A stretch of DNA of 57,737 bases from an uncultured Flavobacteriales bacterium (lineage in GTDB: Bacteria > Bacteroidota > Bacteroidia > Flavobacteriales > UBA7312): assembly GCA_964004705.1 (NCBI GenBank), contig CAXFOQ010000003.1, forward strand, positions 1-57,737, in the 5' to 3' direction. The notes under the pieces are model-generated. The model had not been told where the DNA came from, did no database searches, and was given only the letters and a program-made list of their open reading frames with translations. Within the stretch, counting starts at the first letter, position 1; each line of letters opens with the position of its first letter. This document shows, piece by piece, positions 9,400 through 19,049 of the stretch. Both the position numbers and the translations under genes were made by a program.

Positions 9400-9415
9400 G
9401 GGGGCGCAAGCCCCC
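9400..9415 (+). other. Intercistronic GNRA-tetraloop hairpin
   Basis: GGGGGC-GCAA-GCCCCC with no U-tract, immediately before the AAAGGAG RBS of the next gene. Confidence 0.5.
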
Positions 9416-9428
9416 AAAGGAGAATAAA

Positions 9429-9767
9429 ATGGAAAACCTTTATGATAATTTTTTAATTAAATATTGTGAAGATGATATTAAAAAACATACAGAAATATTA
9501 AATGACAGAAAATGGAAATTAAGACATTTAAAATTTCAAGCAATAATGGGTAAAAGAAACGACCCAGCATACCGTATGTTTTTTATAGATTTGTATAATT
9601 ACAGTGGCGTAGATGAAACAGAAACTACTTTTGATGCTTGGTTACTACAGCCAAAATGGTGGAACTCATATGCTGAAGAAGAAAGTATAAATGATGCAAT
9701 GACTAACATAATTGATTTTTATGAAGCAGAACTTTATAGGGAAGGGGGTAATCAATATGGCTGGTAA
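9429..9767 (+). CDS. Hypothetical protein
   Basis: 112-aa ORF with an AAAGGAG RBS. Confidence 0.6.
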   Translation: MENLYDNFLIKYCEDDIKKHTEILNDRKWKLRHLKFQAIMGKRNDPAYRMFFIDLYNYSGVDETETTFDAWLLQPKWWNSYAEEESINDAMTNIIDFYEAELYREGGNQYGW

Positions 9768-10026
9768 AAAGATACACAAAGGCAACCACCATGATAATGA
9801 TTGTGAGCATTATGAAGATGAATATTTACTATCTTGCACCACAAAAACTAAAAGTGGTTTAAACATAAAGTGGGATTGTTATATGTTTGATAATTCTTGT
9901 GATGGTAAACCGGCTGAACATTCATTATGTTTAAGAATGGGCGATAGTGGTGGTGATTATATAAGCATAGATTTAAAAGACATGATTAAAATGTATCTGC
10001 GTGATAGAACCAATAGATGGGAATAG
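9757..10026 (+). CDS. Hypothetical Cys/His-containing small protein
   Basis: Start placed at MAGKK (GGGGG RBS) rather than the upstream in-frame Met. 11-nt overlap with the previous gene. Confidence 0.5.
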   Translation: MAGKKIHKGNHHDNDCEHYEDEYLLSCTTKTKSGLNIKWDCYMFDNSCDGKPAEHSLCLRMGDSGGDYISIDLKDMIKMYLRDRTNRWE

Positions 10027-10042
10027 TTTACTCCAAACTTAA

Positions 10043-10068
10043 AGGGGCGTTAAGCCCCTTCTTTTTTT
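10043..10068 (+). terminator. Intrinsic terminator
   Basis: AGGGGC-gttaa-GCCCCT followed by TCTTTTTTT. Overlaps the stop of the convergent gene. Confidence 0.7.
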
Positions 10069-10478
10069 ATTAAATCATAATCACTTACAATAACTTTAAG
10101 TAATGTTGTTTGTAATTCTTTAAAAAACTCATTACTTATATTTTTTTTGCACTCTGCATTCCATCTATTTGTTTCAAAATCTTCACCATACTCTGGTAAA
10201 GTTCTTCTTATTTCAATATTGCCAATATCCCATATAAAATCATCACTGCCACTTTCTAATTCACCTTGTAAAAATCTAACGGCTCTTACACCATAATTTG
10301 TAGGCATATACCATCTATCCAACCCAATGCCTATTCCTTCGGCTTTTAAGCCACCTGTAAAGGTATAATTTTTAATTAACACTAAATTACATATGTAATT
10401 AATTCTACCCCCACTAACGTGCAGTATCGGCTTTCTATCAGCTATATAGTTTTCTAGTTTTTGTTCGGCTTCATTCAT
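10050..10478 (-). CDS. Hypothetical protein
   Basis: 142-aa ORF starting 2 nt after the giant gene's stop. Confidence 0.55.
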   Translation of the reverse strand: MNEAEQKLENYIADRKPILHVSGGRINYICNLVLIKNYTFTGGLKAEGIGIGLDRWYMPTNYGVRAVRFLQGELESGSDDFIWDIGNIEIRRTLPEYGEDFETNRWNAECKKNISNEFFKELQTTLLKVIVSDYDLIKKEGA

Positions 10479-10479
10479 T

Positions 10480-13400
10480 TTAATATTTTAAGCTACCTTC
10501 ATCAAATTTTCTTCTATATGTATTAAAAGTCATAATAACTTCATCTAATGCACGACCATCAACCCAGTTTGTGTAACCCCTTTCTTTTAAATAATTAATT
10601 ATTTCTTCAACTTCTGTTGGGCTGTCCAATCTTATAAAGTTTAAATTATCAAACAAAGAAAGTCCATTTTTAAAATTTGTTTCATTATCATTTCTTCTTG
10701 CCCATAATTTTAGTGTTTTAATACCATATGCTCTTTCACCAAAACTTTCTCCAGCCTTTACTGTATTTCCAAATCTATCCCTACTGTAAGAATGTGTATC
10801 AAGTCTTTTTAAATGATCAGCTTTCCATAATACATTGCTACTGCTATCTCTTGCTTTTTCTTTTATTCTTGTAAAAAAATAATCAGCACCACCAGTAGCT
10901 AAATCTTCCTCTGGTGACATACCATGTAAATCTATACCTTTTCTAAGTTTATCAACTGTTGGTGTCATTGTGCCACCATTATCAAAAATTTGTTTTAAAA
11001 CATCAACTTTATCTCGAGCCGTAATAACGTGTGCAATTTCATATTCTTCTTTGAATTTGCTAAATTCTTCAGTATCTAAATCAACTCTTTTTGTTAAAAT
11101 TCTTCCTTGTGTGTTTGCTTGCCAGCTACCAAAGGGATTATAACCTACCTTTTGTGTAATATCTTCACCGGTTAATTGTTTTATTTCATCAATATATGCT
11201 TGCTTTTGTTTTTCTATTGGCAATTTTGAAATGTTTTTTATTGTTTTATTATAAGCATCAAACTCATTTTTCTTTTTTATTACTCTGTATAAATCTGGAC
11301 TTTCAAAAACGTCATCTTTTAAAAACATAAATTCTTCAAGACTTTTGTGCAGTTCTACTTGATGTAATTTTCTTAAATATACAACTTCTCTATCTATATC
11401 TGAAGCCCTTTCAGCGTTAATGCCTAATTTACGCATAGTATCTAATATTTTATTATGCCCATCTACAGCATCTTCTACTTCAAATGTTAATTTGTTTTGT
11501 AATGCAAAATTATTAATATCTTTAAAATCTGTACCATCAAAATATTGTGGGAAATATGTTACTTTAACACCATCTACATTAGCTGTATAATGGTCAACAA
11601 AAATATAATCATCATCAGTTCTAACAATTCTACCTTGTGTATCAGTAACCCCAGTTATTTCACCTTTATCAAAGGTTCTTTTTTTCCATTGAAATTTTGA
11701 ATTTTTAGTCCATTTGATTGCCGACTCTTCACCTAAAACTGTAAATTCTATTTTATTTCTATTTATAAAAAAACCTCTTTCATCAAGTAGTTTTTTAAAA
11801 TTAGCTGGTGGGTTATAAAAAGCTGGTGTTGAAGTTGTTACTTTATCACTAAGTCTATACTGTTCTAAAAACTCAATAATGTTTTCATTTGCGCTTCTAG
11901 CATTCATGAGATTTGCACTGTCAGCTACAGATAATTTGCCTTTTAATTCAAGATTTATTGATTTGTTTACGTTTGTATATTTTAAAATAAGTTCATCAGC
12001 ATTTGAAAATGTATATGGAGCTAATTTATCACCTTTTGCTGTTCTAGCTTGTATGCTTTTCAGTGTATTTATTAACATACTGTCATCTGAACTTACATCA
12101 AAACCACTTTTTATTGTTCCAGATTTTCTAACCGTTTTGGTTAGTTCCTCACTAACATTTCCCCTTATTTTTGTATATGCTCTTACTGTACGCTTTGATG
12201 TTTCTTCTGCAAAATCATTATGAAAATGTATCAACTGGTCTTCTATTTGGTCTTTATCTATAGCTAAACTATAACCATTTGCACCAGACTTTTTTATGGC
12301 ATCTTTTTCTGTTTGTACTATCTCTTTAGCAAGTGGTGTTGGGGTTTTTCTGTTTAATTGATCTAATTGTGGTTTAAATCTTTTTGCTAAATCATTTTTT
12401 CTGCCAATAAGTTTTTCAGTTATTTCATCAACCATATTAGCTGGTAATATTTCTGCTACAACATTTCGTATTTCATCATCAGTAATTTTTACTATTTTTG
12501 CTACGCCTACTGCTATTTTATCATTATTTAAATTTTTAAAAACTTCTGTTGCATTTGGGTTTATTGAACTTGTGCGCAAACTTCTTATTTCAAGAACAGA
12601 GTTTTTAGAAAAATCTTTTAATTCACCCTTTGCCCTATATATTAAAGAACCACCAGTGTCTAACCTTAAAGCCCCACTGCCATCTTTTAGCCGTTTTAAA
12701 TTTAATGATTTTGCACCACCTTCACCAATAACGTCCCAATTAGCAAGCCAAGCATCTACAGCAAAGTTTTCATCTACACCATTTAAACCAATCATGTCTT
12801 GCACTTCAATATCATCAACATCTTCTATTTTGCTTGCAATTCCAATTCGGTTTATTTTTGTACCACCAATTTCACCATCAATATTTATTATTTTTAAGCG
12901 TGGTACACGAACACCAGCCATTTCATATAATCTTGCAGATAACATTTCAATATATGTTCTTTGTATTTCTTCTGGTGATTTTATATAATATTTTATACCA
13001 GTGGTTTTATCTTTAAATGTACCACCTAAATTACTACCACCTTGCCCACCAACTTGTTCCATGTTTGAAAACAACAACTGCTGGTCATTAGCTTCATCTA
13101 CTGCAACAATACCATCTTGTTTTTTGCCAGCTTTTGCTATTTTAGCTTGTATAGCTGTATCTACTTCAGAAAATTGTTCATCATTTAAACTATCTAACCA
13201 CTTTTGTTCGCCTTTTGTTAATGCTTTACCTTGCGCACTTTTTGTTGAAACAACGCTTTTTAAACTATTAAAATCAGCTAATTTTTTTACTGCTACAGCT
13301 TCTTGTTCAATAAATTCAAGTAAATCAACAAAATCAGCTTGAAGTATTGGGTTTTTTTCTTTTATTAATTTTTGATAAACTTTTTTCTGCGTTAATTTGC

Positions 13401-15549
13401 CACTACCTTTGCCAGCAGTTAATATAAATTCTAATTTTTCTTCAGCCTTTTCATTTAATAAATTAAATTTTTTATTTACTTTTAACTGCGCTTCTTTTGC
13501 ATAATTTATATATAAATCTTGCGTTTTTAAATCTGCTAAAGCTGTACCTTGTGCTTTTAATACTTTGCCTTCTTCACCTAAATTTTTTAATACTTTTACA
13601 TTTAGACTTGGCGCAATCTTTTCGCCCTTTAGAAAATTACTTATTGCTGTACTTGGGCTAGAAAAATAACCATCTGGATAAATTTCATCAGCCAAAATTT
13701 TTAATTTAGCTGGGCTGTAACTTAATATTTCTTGGTTAAAAGACAAAACATCTATATATGCTTGTTTTTGCATTATTTTTATTTCATTTATTCTAGCAAT
13801 AGCTTTTTCCATTGCAGAAATATCTTTTAAGTCTGTACTGAAAACAATATATGAAACTTGATTTACAATATTATCGCCAAATACTTTATTTTTAAAAATT
13901 TCTTTTGTATATTGTATTTCTTTTTGTAATGATTTTTGTAACGCACTTACTTTTAAATTAGTTGATTTTAAATCTTGTATTTCATCTTTTAAATCTTGCG
14001 TTAGCCCAGCCAAAGTTTTTTCTTCACTTGGGCTTAATTTTTTACCCTCTTTTATTTTCTTTTTAATTGTAGAAACTTTTGCTGTAAAATTTAAATTATC
14101 TACATCAGCTTGAATTGCCGATACTTTTTCTTGTTTGCTTAAATCTTGCCAACCAGACTTCTTACTTAACTTATTATATGCTTTCTGGTGGTTTTTAAAG
14201 CCGGTAACGCCCCCAATAAACTTATTTAGTAGTTCATTAGCCTTATCTTCTTTTACAGCCAAATTTGCTTGTTCTATGGCTTTATTTTTAGCCTCTTGCC
14301 TTGCTAAATCTTTTGCAACTTTGCTGGCTTGTGCAATACTTGTTTTACCTTCATCTATTAATGCAATAAGTTCTTCTAAACTTAATGGGTTGTTACGCTG
14401 GTCAACCAAATCAACAAATCCAATTTTACCATCATTCCATAACTGCCAGCGCCCATCACCAAGAACTTCTTTTTGTATGCTTACGCTTTTTGTTTTTAAC
14501 CAAGTCTCGTATGTAAGTTCGCCAGCAACTTGTCCGGTCATGCTTGCTTGCATACCACGCTTTATTTTTTTTGCTTCACCCAATGGTATGCCACTTGCCA
14601 CTAAAGCATCTTCAAAACCTTTTCTAAACTTTCTATTATTAAAAGTTAAATCTTTACCGGCAAGTTCACTGAAAGATTTTAACATTGGAACAATTACTGA
14701 ACGACAATTATAATGGGCTGGTGGTGTTCTATAGTTTTTTTTATGCCCAATAGGGTTTTTATTACTATCCCAAGTTAAACCACTGTATGATTTGCATATA
14801 TCACTGGTTCTTGTGTCAAGCGTTGAAAGCCATTGATAACCTTTAATGATATCAATATTTCTATCTATGGTTGTTTGCCTTGCTTTATTGCTTACTGCAT
14901 GAACACTTGTGCGCACTAATGCTTCAGCTTGGTAACGCTTGACATTCATTATGCCATCTTTAAAATTATTGGCTTTTGTACCCCTTACCCTACGCACCAA
15001 ATCACCAATACTTTCATTTGCTAATATGCCTTCACGCATTGCATCAGTAAATCTTTCAACTAAATCACCAGCTTGCCTTTGCCAGTGTGTTTTAACTGGT
15101 GCAGACATAACTAAAGTGTCATCAACTAACGCTTGCAATGTTGTGGGAGGTGGTAAAAATTGAACTAATGCAACACCAATTTTAGGATTATTGGCTACGG
15201 CTTTACCAACACCGTTTGCTAAAACTTTAGGTTCAAGTTTAGCAACATCTTTTAAACTATCTTTAAATTTAGAATTTATATCACCGTACTGTGCTTTTAT
15301 TGTAGCCCTTACATTTGCAAGTAATTTGGTAAACCTTTTTTGTCTTGCTTTGCCACCAACAGCAGTAACATCTATTTTTTTTATTTTTTCTTCTAAATCT
15401 ATTTCAAGTTTATCTAATAATTGAAATACCTTTTGGTACTCACTTGATTTTAACCTTTCAAGATTTACAGCATGAGTAATAATATTATCGGCAACTTTAT
15501 CATTAGCGCCAGTTATATTACCAACTGGGTTAGGTCTGCCAACTGCCAT
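10480..15549 (-). CDS. Giant head-morphogenesis (MuF/SPP1 gp7 family) fusion protein with about 1,300 aa of C-terminal extension
   Basis: 1,689 aa. ATG overlaps the portal stop. MuF hallmarks ...ALVRTSVHAVSNKAR...YQWLSTLDTRTSDIC...PPAHYNCRSVIVP. Then Lys-rich coiled-coil repeats, a kinase-like segment and an unassigned C-terminal region. Confidence 0.8.
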   Translation of the reverse strand: MAVGRPNPVGNITGANDKVADNIITHAVNLERLKSSEYQKVFQLLDKLEIDLEEKIKKIDVTAVGGKARQKRFTKLLANVRATIKAQYGDINSKFKDSLKDVAKLEPKVLANGVGKAVANNPKIGVALVQFLPPPTTLQALVDDTLVMSAPVKTHWQRQAGDLVERFTDAMREGILANESIGDLVRRVRGTKANNFKDGIMNVKRYQAEALVRTSVHAVSNKARQTTIDRNIDIIKGYQWLSTLDTRTSDICKSYSGLTWDSNKNPIGHKKNYRTPPAHYNCRSVIVPMLKSFSELAGKDLTFNNRKFRKGFEDALVASGIPLGEAKKIKRGMQASMTGQVAGELTYETWLKTKSVSIQKEVLGDGRWQLWNDGKIGFVDLVDQRNNPLSLEELIALIDEGKTSIAQASKVAKDLARQEAKNKAIEQANLAVKEDKANELLNKFIGGVTGFKNHQKAYNKLSKKSGWQDLSKQEKVSAIQADVDNLNFTAKVSTIKKKIKEGKKLSPSEEKTLAGLTQDLKDEIQDLKSTNLKVSALQKSLQKEIQYTKEIFKNKVFGDNIVNQVSYIVFSTDLKDISAMEKAIARINEIKIMQKQAYIDVLSFNQEILSYSPAKLKILADEIYPDGYFSSPSTAISNFLKGEKIAPSLNVKVLKNLGEEGKVLKAQGTALADLKTQDLYINYAKEAQLKVNKKFNLLNEKAEEKLEFILTAGKGSGKLTQKKVYQKLIKEKNPILQADFVDLLEFIEQEAVAVKKLADFNSLKSVVSTKSAQGKALTKGEQKWLDSLNDEQFSEVDTAIQAKIAKAGKKQDGIVAVDEANDQQLLFSNMEQVGGQGGSNLGGTFKDKTTGIKYYIKSPEEIQRTYIEMLSARLYEMAGVRVPRLKIINIDGEIGGTKINRIGIASKIEDVDDIEVQDMIGLNGVDENFAVDAWLANWDVIGEGGAKSLNLKRLKDGSGALRLDTGGSLIYRAKGELKDFSKNSVLEIRSLRTSSINPNATEVFKNLNNDKIAVGVAKIVKITDDEIRNVVAEILPANMVDEITEKLIGRKNDLAKRFKPQLDQLNRKTPTPLAKEIVQTEKDAIKKSGANGYSLAIDKDQIEDQLIHFHNDFAEETSKRTVRAYTKIRGNVSEELTKTVRKSGTIKSGFDVSSDDSMLINTLKSIQARTAKGDKLAPYTFSNADELILKYTNVNKSINLELKGKLSVADSANLMNARSANENIIEFLEQYRLSDKVTTSTPAFYNPPANFKKLLDERGFFINRNKIEFTVLGEESAIKWTKNSKFQWKKRTFDKGEITGVTDTQGRIVRTDDDYIFVDHYTANVDGVKVTYFPQYFDGTDFKDINNFALQNKLTFEVEDAVDGHNKILDTMRKLGINAERASDIDREVVYLRKLHQVELHKSLEEFMFLKDDVFESPDLYRVIKKKNEFDAYNKTIKNISKLPIEKQKQAYIDEIKQLTGEDITQKVGYNPFGSWQANTQGRILTKRVDLDTEEFSKFKEEYEIAHVITARDKVDVLKQIFDNGGTMTPTVDKLRKGIDLHGMSPEEDLATGGADYFFTRIKEKARDSSSNVLWKADHLKRLDTHSYSRDRFGNTVKAGESFGERAYGIKTLKLWARRNDNETNFKNGLSLFDNLNFIRLDSPTEVEEIINYLKERGYTNWVDGRALDEVIMTFNTYRRKFDEGSLKY

Positions 15550-16946
15550 TACTCTTCACTTTCGTCTTCACTCTCGTCTAACTCTAACTCATTACCAACT
15601 GTTGTTGTTGGCGTTTGTTCTAGTAAACCTTTTACATCATCAATGCTGTAATCTGGTCGCAATATTTCGCCACGCTGTAAATTGTAAATTAAATCATCTA
15701 ATGGTATTGCACCACTCTGCCAAGCACTTACCAATTCTCTTAACTCAGTTGGATCTAATCGCTTATCTAAAAAGTCTGTATTTAACGTAACTTCTACAAT
15801 ATCTGGGTTTAACCCTTCCCAATCTACATACCATTCTAAGCATTGCTCTAAACCCATACTACAATTATTTGCTAAATTAGCTAAAACACTACTTTCGCCA
15901 CTGCTTCTTACACGCAATGTTTCAGCACTTTCAACAGAACGCCTACTATCTTCTAAAAGCCTTGCGCCCAGTTGTGCCATCATTTGTTGTTTTCTTGTTA
16001 ACGCATTTTCTAAAAAAGTAAGACCAGCACCTTGATATTCTAACATACCAACATTACTGCTTTCCGGTAAAAACCACATACTGCCACTACCAATAGGAAA
16101 ATCACCCATTTGATCTGCTTTTAAACCAGTAATGTAAGGGGTCGGTTGGCTTGTTAAAAAGTTACCTTGTTCTAAATCTGCACTTGTTCTGTAATGACTT
16201 ATATTTACGTTTGCCAAATCTATTAATGGTGGTTTTTGCACTTTTGGATTTAACTCAACAGAACCAAAGAATTGCAACGGTATATAATCAAAATTTTCAC
16301 CTCTTTTTTGTGGTGTTATTTCATCAACCAAAGTAAATACTTCAGCATCTTCACTCTCCTCATATATTTGCACCGTGTAAATGCCATCAGTTAAATTTAA
16401 TACCCTATAACGTAACTTACGCTCTGTACCAAAACCATCAGCCATAGGTGTTTCAGCAACCTCTTTTAATATGCACTGTACCAGCTTTTCTTCACCGTTA
16501 ATTGTTTCTGTACGCCAGTTTGTTATTTCCTCTGCCCTGTAACCTCTAAAATATGGTAAACCTTCTGCTTCTGCCGGTCTATCAACCAATACTGCAAAAC
16601 GACCCATTGCAAGTGTTTCTTCAACAGTATGCTGTGCAAAGTTATCAAATGGTACACCAGTTCCAGTAACATTAAATAAATTTTCCCTTAACCTATCTGG
16701 CACTTGTACTATTGGTCTTTTTCTGAAAACAGCGCCTACCAACCCAGATAATGTTCTGCCGGTTGCACCGTAAAACAATGCTCTTGTTATATAATTAACA
16801 TATTGGTCTGGTAACATATTATCCGGTTTAGGTAAGTGAACTTGCCCACTGTCCTTAACAGCATCTTCACCAGCAATACAATCTCTTATTCTTTTCCATT
16901 GTATGCTGTAATCTTCATATTCATTATGTAAATCAGTAATTGGCAT
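15549..16946 (-). CDS. Portal protein
   Basis: 465 aa between terL and the MuF gene. Acidic C-terminal tail (ELELDESEDESEE). Confidence 0.75.
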   Translation of the reverse strand: MPITDLHNEYEDYSIQWKRIRDCIAGEDAVKDSGQVHLPKPDNMLPDQYVNYITRALFYGATGRTLSGLVGAVFRKRPIVQVPDRLRENLFNVTGTGVPFDNFAQHTVEETLAMGRFAVLVDRPAEAEGLPYFRGYRAEEITNWRTETINGEEKLVQCILKEVAETPMADGFGTERKLRYRVLNLTDGIYTVQIYEESEDAEVFTLVDEITPQKRGENFDYIPLQFFGSVELNPKVQKPPLIDLANVNISHYRTSADLEQGNFLTSQPTPYITGLKADQMGDFPIGSGSMWFLPESSNVGMLEYQGAGLTFLENALTRKQQMMAQLGARLLEDSRRSVESAETLRVRSSGESSVLANLANNCSMGLEQCLEWYVDWEGLNPDIVEVTLNTDFLDKRLDPTELRELVSAWQSGAIPLDDLIYNLQRGEILRPDYSIDDVKGLLEQTPTTTVGNELELDESEDESEE

Positions 16947-16957
16947 ATTTTACCCCC

Positions 16958-18259
16958 TTAATAATAACCCTTTACTCTGCCGACACCCACAACATCTGGG
17001 TTAAGTGGAAATTCACTATGAACCATATAACCCAAAGCATCAGCCATATGGTCTAAACCTAAATTTTTATCCGGCATATTTGTACCCTCTTTAAATGTAA
17101 GTCCTTCTAAACTTTTTATTAATTGTGTGCATCGTGGGTTTATAAATAATCTTGTTGTACCCTCTGCATTTTCTAACATAGCATTTACTTCATTTATTCT
17201 ATCAATTACTGGTGGCGCACTACTAGGTGCAACAACTTGAAAACCATAGTTTTCTAATATTGTAAAATCTGTTTGACCAACTGGCGCACTTGTACGCCTA
17301 CTTTTGCCACTAGGGTCTGGATAGATTGTAATAGTACGATTTTTATATTTTTGGTCTATTTGCCTTGCCATTATTTCAGTATTAGCATTTGGTATTACTT
17401 CTTCATCAAATATATGTAACTGTTCGCCAACCCTTTGCGCATAACAACAACACATTGGGTTAACATTGAAGTCCATGCCAACTAAAATTTCACCACCATT
17501 ATCTTGTATGTAATCGTCTGAATGTATTTCTCTTGTAAAGTTTTGATAAACTCTACCAGCCAGTGTTTCAAAACTTGCTTCAAACTCTTGACGAAATAAT
17601 CTTTCGTCCATTATTTTTTTTTGCCGGTTTATTTCTTCTTGACTTACAATACCACTTTCAAGTGTTGTGCTTCTAAAACACTGCCATTGTTCATCTTCGT
17701 GTGCATTTACCCATAAATCATAAAACCAATTATAACCTTTTGGTGTACCACATAGTAACGCTTTACCATTTTTATCTGCTAATGCTGGCGCTAAAACAGC
17801 TTCCCATGTTTGCTGGCTTATGTCTTGCACCTCGTCCATAACCAAAAAATCAAGACCGACACCACGCAAACTATCTGGATTATCTGCGCCACGCAATGCG
17901 ATCAAACTGCCATTTTTAAGCGTAATACTCATATCAGTTTCATTTGGTAAACTGCCACTACGCCCACTGTTTAAGATTAAATCTTTAATTTCACCCCACA
18001 TAATTTGTTTTGCCATTCTATAAGTTGGCGCAACATACCAGCATTTAGTATATTTGTTATTATTGGCATATTGAAAAATTAAAAACTTACTTAAATAGCT
18101 TTTACCACTTCTACGCCCAGCAACATTAATACGAAATCTTTTTTGAGATAATGCCACATTACGTTGAGGTATTGTTAATTTTATTTCAATAGGTTTTGGA
18201 GCGCCTTCTAATGGTTTGCCATTATTTTGGGCTTCATATTCTTCATATGCAGAGTACAT
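16958..18259 (-). CDS. terL: Terminase large subunit
   Basis: Walker A-like NVAGRRSGKSY, Walker B-like DFLVMDEV, and a C-terminal nuclease-type region. Overlaps the terS stop. Confidence 0.85.
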   Translation of the reverse strand: MYSAYEEYEAQNNGKPLEGAPKPIEIKLTIPQRNVALSQKRFRINVAGRRSGKSYLSKFLIFQYANNNKYTKCWYVAPTYRMAKQIMWGEIKDLILNSGRSGSLPNETDMSITLKNGSLIALRGADNPDSLRGVGLDFLVMDEVQDISQQTWEAVLAPALADKNGKALLCGTPKGYNWFYDLWVNAHEDEQWQCFRSTTLESGIVSQEEINRQKKIMDERLFRQEFEASFETLAGRVYQNFTREIHSDDYIQDNGGEILVGMDFNVNPMCCCYAQRVGEQLHIFDEEVIPNANTEIMARQIDQKYKNRTITIYPDPSGKSRRTSAPVGQTDFTILENYGFQVVAPSSAPPVIDRINEVNAMLENAEGTTRLFINPRCTQLIKSLEGLTFKEGTNMPDKNLGLDHMADALGYMVHSEFPLNPDVVGVGRVKGYY

Positions 18260-18606
18260 TAATCACTTGAAACAACTATTGGTGGTAAATCTTCGCTTGC
18301 AACTGCTATTCTTTCTGTCCATTTACCCCTACATTTTAAATAAAACATAGTCATGGCTGGCTGGTTTCCACTTACAGCCATCTCAAACGCTTTTTGCGAA
18401 ACCCTACCTAATGCTTTTGCTTCACCCTCTTTAAGTTCTTTTTGAAAATATTTAAATAATGTACCCCTTGAAACATCAATAATTGCACAAATTTGATCGG
18501 CAGTTAAACCATAACCGGACATACTGGTTACTTGTGATTTTTGCTCTTTTGTTGGTTTAAAAGAGGGTCTGCCTTTTGTAATTTTTTTTGTTTTTTTTGC
18601 TGTCAT
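18259..18606 (-). CDS. terS: Terminase small subunit (HTH type)
   Basis: 115 aa. Basic N-terminus, HTH-like LTADQICAIIDVSRGTLFKYF. Directly upstream of terL. Confidence 0.6.
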   Translation of the reverse strand: MTAKKTKKITKGRPSFKPTKEQKSQVTSMSGYGLTADQICAIIDVSRGTLFKYFQKELKEGEAKALGRVSQKAFEMAVSGNQPAMTMFYLKCRGKWTERIAVASEDLPPIVVSSD

Positions 18607-18640
18607 TTCTTTTATAGCGTATAAAAAATAGTTAAAAACC

Positions 18641-18653
18641 TAGCCAATGGCTA
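18641..18653. promoter_or_regulatory. Degenerate operator-like palindrome upstream of terS
   Basis: TAGCCA-A-TGGCTA followed by TATATAT. Resembles the TAGTGCCA-A-TGGCACTA operator but lacks 2 nt in each arm. Confidence 0.25.
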
Positions 18654-18692
18654 TATATATGAGTTAATTAATATACTTTTACAAGATATTTT

Positions 18693-19007
18693 TTATTTAA
18701 AACTCTCTTTAATACTTTTAATTACATTTTTTAATGTAAATGGTTTTTCATTTGGGCGATATTTACATTGTATTTCTCTTGGACATTCACCAGCGCCTAT
18801 TGGTACATATTCATTCCACTGCGTGTAGTTTGCACCAACGTAAACACATACTCTTGTTTTATCTTCAAGTAACTGTTTTGCAAGCCGGCAAGTAGTATGT
18901 TCAATATCTCTTGCAAAAACAACTATGCCTAAAATAGAAAAAACACATATAAATAAAAGCAAGTAATAAATAAAATTATAAAACATTATCATTACCCCAT
19001 CACCCAA
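18693..19007 (-). CDS. Small membrane-anchored Cys-containing protein
   Basis: 104 aa with an N-terminal hydrophobic helix (FIYYLLLFICVFSILGIVVFA). Confidence 0.5.
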   Translation of the reverse strand: MGDGVMIMFYNFIYYLLLFICVFSILGIVVFARDIEHTTCRLAKQLLEDKTRVCVYVGANYTQWNEYVPIGAGECPREIQCKYRPNEKPFTLKNVIKSIKESFK

Positions 19008-19049
19008 ATAAAAAACAAATTAAACAAAACCCAGCTATGGCAAGAATAA

